Of a stretch of DNA of 64,000 nt, positions 9,376-19,504 are shown in pieces. Origin of the DNA: Eledone cirrhosa (lineage: Eukaryota); NCBI GenBank assembly GCA_964016885.1, contig OZ024741.1, forward strand, positions 3,534,001 to 3,598,000, in the 5' to 3' direction. The notes under the pieces were generated by a model, which did no database searches, was not told where the DNA came from, and saw nothing but the letters and a program-made list of their open reading frames with translations. Within the stretch, counting starts at the first letter, position 1, and the number at the start of each line of letters is the position of its first letter. The position numbers and the translations under genes are program-made.

Positions 9376-9633
9376 AGAAAAAGACGGAGAGAAAGAAAGA
9401 GAAAAGAACAAAGACAGAGAGAGAGAAAGAAAAGAGAAAGAAAGCCTGGAGAAATATCGGAGAGAGAGAGAAATATATGGAGAAAAGAAAGAGATAGATA
9501 GAAATAGGAGGAAATAAAAATAAGAAAGAAAAGGAAGGAATAAGAAAAACAAAGGAAAGCAACAGAGATATATCAAGTCATCATACAGAAAGAGAAACTC
9601 AAGAGAGAGAAATACTATATAGAGAGAGGGGGA
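9376..9633. repeat. GA-rich low-complexity polypurine tract
   Basis: Degenerate (GA)n/(GAAA)n. Confidence 0.8.
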
Positions 9634-10759
9634 CAGTGACAACTTTACGTCATGTCATATTAAGTTGAGTTAACAATTTATATGAAATGAATAATAAAAA
9701 TATAAATATAAGTATCAATATTCATGAATGGGACATAGATATATAATATGAGAAATTAAACATTGTTCAATAATGACCATATGTTTAGTTTAGAAACTTG
9801 AGATCAATATACCAAAATCTGAGTTCAAAATGTACCCTTGCTATAGAGATTAGTATTTTATGCAAAGACAAACAAATATATATGTATATATACATACATA
9901 TAGATACGCACGTCCTGAAAATATAAATTATGTTTACTCAACCCAACAATATAGCCATACAAAACGTAAATGATTTCTCTTAATCACTGCTATACACTCA
10001 TTGTGTTATAAAAATTTCACAGTATATATATACAAATATATACGATTAACAATCATGTCCTCATATATACGATTACCATTCATGTGTTTAATATTATGCA
10101 CATCTGCAACATACCTCTCAACCACATAGATATATACACATACATATATACACATACATATGTATAAATAAATATTTGCGTGCGTCCTCATGCATCACTC
10201 ATGTATATATACAGACACATATACAACCACAAAAAAATCTACAACACTTTCTATGCATGTTAATACACACATATGCATTTGTATAGAGATAATCCAATAT
10301 CAATAAATTACCAAAGGATTATAATTTGTAAATATAACCATAACAATACAAATTTAAAATACTAAAGGAATATATTTTGGAAATGCAACTATATAGTCAA
10401 AAGAAATCTAGAGATATCAAAGTATTAAATATCATTAAAACACTATAGAGTATCTTAAGTTAAAATAATATGTTTTATATATTTAGTATAGAAATTTATC
10501 CTACGTATATCTCAATCAAGATATTGAGAGGGTAGACTTGTGAAAGTTATGAGAAGCTATCATAATCAAAACAAATAAAAATAATTTAAAAGATTTAAAA
10601 AATTTAAAAAACTCAATGATTCAACAGATAACCTTATATTTAATATAGAAATTTACCTTACGTATATTTTATTTAATACATTGGAAGTATAGACATTTTA
10701 GAGTAGTTTATTATATCCATGTTTATATTTTGGAAGAAAGTTTAAAAAGAAAAAGGTGA

Positions 10760-13700
10760 AGTTCTCACCACCTCTGCCCAGGTCACCTTGGTCTACCTCT
10801 ACTGTGGCTTCCATCAACTCTCACCACCTCTGCCCAGGTCATCTTGGTCCACCTCTACTGTGGCTTCCATCAACTCTCACCACCTCTACCCAGGTCACCT
10901 TGGTCTACCTCTACTGTGGCTTCCATCAACTCTCACCACCTCTACCCAGGTCACCTTGGTCTACCTCTACTGTGGCTTCCATCAGTTCTCACCACCTCTA
11001 CCCAGGTCACCTTGGTCTACCTCTTCTGTGGCTTCCATCAACTCTCACCACCTCTACCCAGGTCACCTTGGTCTACCTCTACTGTGGCTTCCATCAACTC
11101 TCACCACCTCGACCCAGGTCACCTTGGTCTACCTCTACTGTGGCTTCCATCAGTTCTCACCACCTCTACCCAGGTCACCTTGGTCTACCTCTTCTGTGGC
11201 TTCCATCAACTCTCACCACCTCTACCCAGGTCACCTTGGTCTACCTCTACTGTGGCTTCCATCAACTCTCACCACCTCTACCCAGGTCACCTTGGTCTAC
11301 CTCTACTGTGGCTTCCATCAGTTCTCACCACCTCTACCCAGGTCACCTTGGTCTACCTCTTCTGTGGCTTCCATCAACTCTCACCACCTCTACCCAGCTC
11401 ACCTTGGTCTACCTCTTCTGTGGCTTCCATCAACTCTCACCAACTCTGCCCAGGTTAACTTGGTCTACCTCTACTGTGGCTTCCGTCAGTTCTCACCACC
11501 TCTGCCCAGGTCACCTTGGTCTACCTCTACCTAGGCTTCCATCAGTTCTCACCACCTCTGCCCAAGTCATCTTGGTCTACCTCAACTGTGGCTTCCATCA
11601 ACTCTCACCATCTCTACCCTGGTCACCTTGGTCTACCTCTACTGTGGCTTCCATCAGTTCTCACCACCTCTGCCCAAGTCATCTTGGTGTACCTCAACTG
11701 TGGCTTCCATCAACTCCCACCATCTCTACCCTGGTCACCTTGGTCTACCTCTACCTTGGCTTCCATCAGTTCTCACCACCTCTGCCCAAGTCATCTTGGT
11801 CTACCTCAACTGTGGCTTCCATCAACTCTCACCATCTCTACCCAGGTCACCTTGGTCTACCTCTACTGTGGCTTCCATCAGTTCTCACCACCTCTGCCCA
11901 AGTCATCTTGGTGTACCTCAACTGTGGCTTCCATCAACTCCCACCACCTCTACCCAGGTCACCTTGGTCTACCTCTACTGTGGCTTCCATCAGTTCTCAC
12001 CACCTCTGCCCAAGTCATCTTGGTGTACCTCAACTGTGGCTTCCATCAACTCTCACCATCTCTACCCTGGTCACCTTGGTCTACCTCTACTGTGGCTTCC
12101 ATCAGTTCTCACCACCTCTGCCCAAGTCATCTTGGTGTACCTCAACTGTGGCTTCCATCAACTCCCACCATCTCTACCCTGGTCACCTTGGTCTACCTCT
12201 ACCTTGGCTTCCATCAGTTCTCACCACCTCTGCCCAGGTCATCTTGGTCTACCTCTACTGTGGCTTCCATCAACTCTCACCTCCTCTACCCAGGTCACCT
12301 TGGTCTACCTCTACTGTGGCTTCCATCAACTCTCACCTCCTCTACCCAGGTCATCTTGGTCTACCTCTACTGTGGCTTCCATCAACTCTCACCACCTCCA
12401 CCCAGGTCATCTTGGTCTACCTCTACTGTGGCTTCCATCAGTTCTCACCACCTCTGCCCAGGTCACCTTGGTCTACCTCTACTGTGGCTTCCATCAACTC
12501 TCACCACCTCTACCCAGGTCTCCTTGGTCTACCTCTACTGTGGCTTCCATCAACTCTCACCACCTCTACCCAGGTCACCTTGGTCTACCTCTACTGTGGC
12601 TTCCATCAACTCTCACCACCTCTACCCAGGTATCCTTGGTCTACCTCTACTGTGGCTTCCATCAACTCTCACCACCTCTACCCAGGTCACCTTGGTCTAC
12701 CTCTACTGTGGCTTCCATCAACTCTCACCATCTCTATCCTGGTCACCTTGGTCTACCTCTACTGTGGCTTCCATCAGTTCTCACCACCTCTGCCCAGGTC
12801 ACCTTGGTCTACCTCTACTGTGGCTTCCATCAGTTCTCACCACCTCTGCCCAAGTCATCTTGGCCTACCTCAACTGTGGCTTCCATCAGTTCTCACCACC
12901 TCTGCCCAGGTCACCTTGGTCTACCTCTACTGTGGCTTCCATCAACTCTCACCTCCTCTACCCAGGTCATCTTGGTCTACCTCTACTGTGGCTTCCATCA
13001 ACTCTCACCACCTCTACCCAGGTCATCTTGGTCTACCTCTACTGTGGCTTCCATCAACTCTCACCACCTCTGCCCAGGTCATCTTGGTCTACCTCTACTG
13101 TGGCTTCCATCAACTCTCACCACCTCTACCCAGTTCATCTTGGTCTACCTCTACTGTGGCTTCCATCAACTCTCACCACCTCTACCCAGGTCATCTTGGT
13201 CTACCTCTACTGTGGCTTCCATCAACTCTCACCACCTCTACCACTAGTGTGGCTTCCATCATCTCTCACCACCTCTGCCCTGGTCATCTTGGTCTACCTC
13301 TCCTGTGGCTTCCATCAGTTCTCACCACCTCTGCCCTGGTCACCTTGGTCTACCTCTTCTGTGGCTTCCATCAGTTCTCACCACCTCTGCCCTGGTCACC
13401 TTGGTCTACCTCTACTGTGGCTTCCATCAGTTCTCACCACCTCTGCCCTGGTCACCTTCGTCTACCTCTACTGTGGCTTCCATCAGTTCTCACCACCTCT
13501 GCCCTGGTCACCTTCGTCTACCTCTACTGTGGCTTCCATCATCTCTCACCACCTTTGCCCAGGTTATCTTGGTCTACCTCTTCTGTGGCTTCCATCATCT
13601 CTCACCACCTCTGCCCAGGTCACCTTGGTCTACCTCTACTGTGGCTTCCATCAGTTCTCACCACCTCTACCCAGGTCACCTTGGTCTACCTCTACTGTGG

Positions 13701-15826
13701 CTTCCATCATCTCTCACCACCTTTGCCCAGGTTATCTTGGTCTACCTCTACTGTGGCTTCCATCAACTCTCACCAACACTGCCCAGGTCACCTTGATCTA
13801 CCTCTACTGTGGCTTCCATCAGTTCTCACCACCTCTGCCCTGGTCACCTTGGTCTACCTCTACTGTGGCTTCCATCATCTCTCACCACCTCTGCCCAGGT
13901 CACCTTGGTCTACCTCTACTGTGGCTTCCATCAACTCTCACCACCTCTGCCCAGGTCACCTTGGTCTACCTCTACTGTGGCTTCCATCAACTCTCACCAA
14001 CTCTGCCCAGGTCACCTTGGTCTACCTCTACTGTGGCTTCCATCAACTCTCACCAACTCTGCCCAGGTCACCTTGGTCTACCTCTACTGTGGCTTCCATC
14101 ATCTCTCACCACCTCTGCCCAGGTCATCTTGGTCTACCGCTACTGTGGCTTCCATCAGTTCTCACCACCTCTGCCCAGGTCACCTTGTCTACCTCTACTG
14201 TGGCTTCCATCATCTCTCACCACCTCTGCCCAGGTCATCTTGGTCTACCTCTACTGTGGCTTCCATCAGTTCTCACCACCTCTGCCCAAGTCACCTTGGT
14301 CTACCTCTACTGTGGCTTCCATAAACTCTCACCACCTCAGCCCAGGTCACTTTGGTCTACCTCTACTGTGGCTTCCATCAACTCTCACCACCTCTACCCA
14401 GGTCATCTTGGTCTACCTCTACTGTGGCTTCCATCAACTCTCACCACCTCTACCCAGGTCACCTTGGTCCACCTCTACTGTGGCTTCCATCAACTCTCAC
14501 CACCTCTACCCAGGTCACCTTGGTCTACCTCTACTGTGGCTTCCATCAGTTCTCACCACCTCTGCCCAGGTCATCTTGGTCCACCTCTACTGTGGCTTCC
14601 ATCAACTCTCACCACCTCTGCCCAGGTCACCTTGGTCTACCTCTACTGTGGCTTCCATCAGTTCTCACCACCTCTGCCCAGGTCATCTTGGTCCACCTCT
14701 ACTGTGGCTTCCATCATCTCTCACCACCTCTGCCCAGGTCACCTTGGTCTACCTCTACTGTGGCTTCCATCAACTCTCACCACCTCTGCCCAGGTCACCT
14801 TGGTCTACCTCAACTGTGGCTTCCATCAGTTCTCACCACCTCTGCCCAGGTCACCTTGGTCTACCTCTACTGTGGCTTCCATCAACTCTCACCAACTCTG
14901 CCCAGGTCACCTTGGTCTACCTCTACTGTGGCTTCCATCAGTTCTTACCACCTCTGCCCAGGTCACCTTGGTCTACCTCTACTGTGGCTTCCATCAACTC
15001 TCACCACCTCTGCCCAGGTCACCTTGGTCTACCTCTACTGTGGCTTCCATCAGTTCTCACCACCTCTGCCCAGGTCACCTTGGTCTACCTCTCCTGTGGC
15101 TTCCATCAACTCTCCCCACCTCTACCCAGGTCACCTTGGTCTACCTCTTCTGTGGTTTCCATCAGTTCTCACCACCTCTACCCAGGTCACCTTGGTCTAC
15201 CTCTACTGTGGCTTCCATCAGTTCTCACCACCTCTGCCCTGGTCACCTTGGTCTACCTCCTCTGTGGCTTCCATCAGTTCTCACCACCTCTGCCCTGGTC
15301 ACCTTGGTCTACCTCCTCTGTGGCTTCCATCAGTTCTCACCACCTCTGCCCTGGTCACCTTGGCCTACCTCTACTGTGGCTTCCATCAACTCTCACCACC
15401 TCTTCCCAGGTTACCTTGGTCTACCTCTTCTGTGGCTTCCATCAACTCTCACCACCTCTGCCCAGGTTACCTTGGTCTACCTCTTCTGTGGCTTCCATCA
15501 ACTCTCACCACCTCTGCCCTGGTCACCTTGGTCTACCTCCTCTGTGGCTTCCATCAGTTCTCACCACCTCTGCCCTGGTCACCTTGGCCTACCTCTACTG
15601 TGGCTTCCATCAACTCTCACCACCTCTGCCCAGGTCACCTTGGTCTACCTCTACTGTGGCTTCCATCAGTTCTCACCACCTCTGCCCAGGTCACCTTGGT
15701 CTACCTCTACTGTGGCTTCCATCAACTCTCATCACCTCTGCCCAGGTCACCTTGGTCTACCTCTACTGTGGCTTCCATCAGTTCTCACCACCTCTGCCCT
15801 GGTCACCTTGGTCTACTTCTACCATG
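10760..15826. repeat. 56-bp tandem array (~90 copies) derived from an RTE LINE C-terminal coding segment
   Basis: Unit CTCACCACCTCTGCCCAGGTCACCTTGGTCTACCTCTACTGTGGCTTCCATCAACT. The reverse complement reads VDGSHSRGRPR-(1-nt gap)-TWAEVVR. Confidence 0.95.
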
Positions 15827-15909
15827 GCTTTCTTCCACTGGCATTTCTTGGCATTTCTTCACCAAATGATCATCATCCATACACGTCACATGTCTGTACC
15901 AACACAGTC

Positions 15910-16126
15910 TAGCATTTAAACTGGCCATACCCGGCCAGAATTCTCTCGCCTCTTTCTCTTCAAACTGGCTGTAACCAGCCGCTCATACTGATGTTAAGGT
16001 ATTGTTCTCAAAATAAATAATATCAAAATCTCATAGCTTCAATATTATGTGAGATAATTATGTGTGATAAAAAGTTTACCATGAAAATATAATAGTAAAT
16101 ATAGAATGACGTAAATGCTAAAGGTT
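15910..16126. mobile_element. MITE-like insertion within the RTE fragment
   Basis: AT-rich non-RTE segment bounded by the inverted repeats TAGCATTTA (15910-15918) and TAAATGCTA (16112-16120). The left end looks truncated. Confidence 0.5.
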
Positions 16127-16224
16127 TCTCCCTCAATTCATCCAAGCTCTGCCTTTCTCTCACACTTACATGGCACATCCAACAGAGCATGGTTGCTTCA
16201 TTTCCCTCCATCCTAAACGTGTCC

Positions 16225-16833
16225 TCCTCTGCAGTCACAGCCCATGTTTCACTACCATGCAGCACCACATATCCTCTGCAGTCACAGCCCATGTTTCACT
16301 ACCATGTAGCACCAGAAGTCCTCTGCAGTAACAGCCCATGTTTCACTACCATGTAGCACCACATGTCCTCTGCAGTCACAGCCCATGTTTCACTACCATG
16401 TAGCACCACATGTCCCCTGCAGTCACAGCCCATGTTTCACTACCATGTAACACCACATGTCCTCGGCAGTCACAACCCATGTTTCACTACCATGTAGCAC
16501 CATATGTCATCTGCAGTCACACCCCATATTTCAGTATAATGTAGCACCACGTGTCCTCTGCAGTCACAACCCATGTTTCACTACCATGTAGCACCACATG
16601 TCCTCTGCAGTCACAGCCCATGTTTCACTACCATGTAGCACCACATGTCCTCTCCAGTCACAGCCGATGTTTCACTACCATGCAGCATCACATGTCCTCT
16701 GCAGCCACAGCCCATGTTTCACTACCATGTAGCATCACATGTCCTCTCCAGTCACAGCCCATGTTTCACTACCATGCAGCATCACATGTCCTCTGCAGCC
16801 ACAGCCCATGTTTCACTACCATGTAGCATCACA
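16225..16833. repeat. 47-bp tandem array (~13 copies) derived from the RTE HGSETW segment
   Basis: Unit GTCCTCTGCAGTCACAGCCCATGTTTCACTACCATGTAGCACCACAT. The reverse complement encodes VVLHGSETWAVTAED. Confidence 0.93.
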
Positions 16834-17172
16834 CTTCACACTCATCAAACAATCGTCCTTTTGTACATAGAGTGAAACCAGTAAAAGAATACCAATTAAT
16901 ATAATTATGAAAAAGATTAAAAAAACTCAATGAGAAACTATGAGAAAATTTATTCAGGTGAACTTTAAAAGGTGAGAACTTTATTACCTATAAAACATAC
17001 AGAACTTCCGAATGGTCAGCATGTCTGTAAATAAAAAAGAGTATATACATTAATTTATTTAATACCATTATTTCTAATGAAAGACACTAGCTAGGATTTG
17101 CGAATTATTTTGAAAACAATCATGAATCTAAAGATATTTAATCATATAACTTTCTCTACATGAATTGGAGTA

Positions 17173-17540
17173 TATTCTCGGGTCCCAAATAATAGGGAGA
17201 GGGGGAAATACTCAAGGGAGTTGGGGTTTGGAAAATCAGTAATTTTTCTAGGTTGTCGCCATAGATTTTTTTAAAAACCAGAATTAGTCGTTCAGTTTAC
17301 ATATTGAGACCCCAACCCATCCTATTTATTTTATAACATATGGGATTTCTAGTAATGTACTTTTTTCTGTCATGTATAATGTTTTTTAATGTCTAAAGAA
17401 AATTAATTGTTGCAGGAATGCTACCACTTAAAATAAAATTTCACCAAAGATAGATTAGCAAAATGTAATAAGCGGGAGGGGTGAGGGGGTCTGACAATTA
17501 ATAAACAGGGTGGGGGATGATTATTCGAGGCCTGGGAGTA
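17173..17540 (+). mobile_element. MITE with imperfect terminal inverted repeats, TA-flanked (copy 1)
   Basis: Ends TA-TTCTCGGGTCCCAAATAAT and ATTATTCGAGGCCTGGGAG-TA. The interior matches 18349-18667 in reverse. Confidence 0.7.
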
Positions 17541-17623
17541 ACATTAAAATATTTTTTATATAAAATTATGGTGGAAGATTTTTAGATAAATATGAACAAA
17601 ATAAACAGTTTTTTTAATCGTAG

Positions 17624-17835
17624 AATCAGGTGTGGTTTCAAGCAGTTTGGTGTTAGAAATGTTCAAAATATTTGTTAATCCTTTGGTCAGTAGAAAGAGT
17701 AGAACCACTGACAGGAACTCTAGGGTGTGTGGGAAGGTATCCACAAGTTGGAGACCTCATATGTCTGCAACAGAGGAGAATCTGATAAAGGCAGCCAAGC
17801 GCCAGCTGAATATGTTGAACCAGGGGATGGATTAA
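17624..17835 (+). CDS. possible terminal coding exon of an unidentified host gene
   Basis: T-rich acceptor TTTTTTTAATCGTAG at 17609-17623, a 70-codon open frame (ESGVVSSSLVLEMF...SATEENLIKAAKRQLNMLNQGMD*), AATAAA ~47 bp after the stop, and non-repetitive sequence. No recognisable homology. Confidence 0.3.
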
Positions 17836-17952
17836 CTACCACCAATATAATACACAACAGGATTTGAGCTCAACAAATCAAAATAAATACTGTTAGGTAT
17901 TTTATATGATACTTTCATCCTTCTTCTAATTCAGTATCATTGAGATGTGTCA

Positions 17953-18270
17953 ACACCATCACCATTTTACCATGCTAGCATGGGTTCGACAGATTGTCCC
18001 GTTGTGAGATAAGCCAAATCAGATGACCATGTCTTTCTCATACAGAACTGTTTCGGCTTGATTTCTATGGTTGGATGTGCTCTGTAACGCCAACCTCATT
18101 TATAGTGTGGGGGGGACTGGGTGCTTTTTGTCACAACACAATCATGACCAATATACAGTGAGGACTGAGCACTTTTTGTTGTGTCACCAACACAACCACT
18201 TTACAGTGTGGACTGGGCACTATTTATCATGCCAACAAAATGACCACATTTACAGTGGGGCTGTGGGTTG
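17953..18270. mobile_element. degenerate interspersed repeat (SINE/LINE-tail-like) with ~4 internal ~50-bp tandem units
   Basis: CCATGCTAGCATGGGTTCGAC...TTTCTATGGTTGGATG..CTGTAACGCCAACC resembles a recalled abundant octopus repeat. CCA(C/T)TTTACAGTGTGGACTGGG-like units recur. Confidence 0.5.
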
Positions 18271-18348
18271 CTTAAATAAGAAAAACTAAGGGACCTATTG
18301 GCAAATATTTAATACAGAAAGTTCACACAATGAAGGGAAATAGTTTGC

Positions 18349-18667
18349 TACTCTCAAATAATCATCCCCAACCACGTAATCATTTTTCAGATTTTTTCAT
18401 AGCTTTTATCCCCCATTTCCCTTATTAAATTTTACTAATCTATTCCTAGTGAAATATTATTTTAAGTGGTAGCATACATGACAAAAAAAAAACATTATAG
18501 AAATACCATATGTTATAAAATAAATAGGATAGGTTGGGGTCTCAATATGTAAACTAAACGACTAATTCTGGTTTTTAAAAATATCAATGGAGACAACCTA
18601 GAAAAATGACTGATTTTCCACCCCACCCCACTTATTCCACCGGGCTATTATTTGGGACCTGAGAGTA
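18349..18667 (-). mobile_element. MITE copy 2, inverted relative to 17173-17540
   Basis: GGTTGGGGTCTCAATATGTAAACTAAACGACTAATTCTGGTTTTTAAAAA and TTATTTGGGACCTGAGAG-TA are reverse complements of segments of copy 1. Confidence 0.7.
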
Positions 18668-18970
18668 TGTGAAAAAGAGGAAAGAGCTTAACATTTAGGA
18701 CAGGTCTGGACTTATCTGAAGGTTTACATCCAAAAGGTTAGACTTCTGTTTAGCAAAACAATATTTCCCCTTACAAACTCCTCGCTCCCCATCAGTTAAT
18801 CATGATCAAGCAGATCTATAAATGTATTTCAATCAGAATCATGGGACCCAGGAATATATTATACACGTGGTTGGGAGTGATTTAAGGGACATTTGGCTGC
18901 TGTTTCTAGCACATCAAGCAACTATAAAAAGGCTCCTTCATTGGCTTGTCACATCTTTGTGTCAGTTACT

Positions 18971-19092
18971 TGTGTGTGTGTGTGTGAGTGAGTGTGACTG
19001 TGTGAGTGTGTGTGTGTGCATGAGTGTGAGTGTGTATATGTGTGTGTGTGAGTGTATGTGTGTATGAGTGTGTGTGTGCGTGAGTGTGTGTA
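18971..19092. repeat. (TG)n/(TGAG) compound microsatellite
   Basis: Visible directly in the sequence. Confidence 0.9.
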
Positions 19093-19180
19093 TTACTGCA
19101 ACTCTATAGATGTCAAAGTTTGAAAGGAAGGAAAGACAGAAAGAAATTGTCATTAATCTATTTTAGTGGATGTTCTGTAT

Positions 19181-19340
19181 GAGAGGGAGAGAGAGGGGGA
19201 GCAGGAGAGACACACAGAGAAGGAAGAGGGGGGCAGGGGGATAAGAAGAAACAAAAAGAGTTAAAGGGAGATAGTCAGAGAGAGGGATTGAGAAAGAAAG
19301 AGTGAAAGAGATGAAGTGGGAAAAGGATAGAGAGAGAGAC
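19181..19340. repeat. GA-rich low-complexity tract
   Basis: Degenerate (GA)n. Confidence 0.75.
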
Positions 19341-19504
19341 GAAAGTTCTTTGTTCCCAACATCTGGATCATTTCTCAAGACCCCCCACCCCACTCCCTCA
19401 TCTAACCTCAGCTAATACAACATCACTAGAACCCTTTACAATACTTATTACTGTAAATTGAGGTCTATTATTTGACCGGCTCGATACAGAAAGACTCAAC
19501 ATTC

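Larger units (their letters stand above)
15782..16880 (-). mobile_element. decayed RTE-clade LINE 3' fragment, interrupted by a MITE-like insert and tandem expansions
   Basis: Minus-strand peptides in the expected order: KGRLFDEC..MLHGSETWAVTAE..MEGNEATMLCWMCHVSVRERQSLDELREK (ORF 16023-16292) then RLCWYRHVTCMDDDHLVKKCQEMPVEESHGRSRPR. These are typical RTE YGSETW / RLRWYGHV / GRPR motifs. Confidence 0.85.

Noticed and set aside
9071-10191. Short ORFs with YIYI or Phe/Leu/Ser-rich content (also 5345-5587 and 18822-19393)
   Set aside because: They are products of microsatellites and low-complexity tracts.
10485-10695. Weak direct repeat TATAGAAATTTA(T/C)C(C/T)TACGTATAT ~157 bp apart
   Set aside because: Short, degenerate and in very AT-rich DNA. 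No further structure could be supported.
10756-15919. 1718-aa, 1467-aa and other long plus-strand ORFs
   Set aside because: The 56-bp unit lacks stops on this strand and is not a multiple of 3, so all three frames give the same cyclic peptide. The sequence is antisense to an RTE relic, not a real gene.
16551-16875. His/Cys-rich ORFs on the plus strand, and ORF 19472-19663
   Set aside because: These are translations of tandem repeats.
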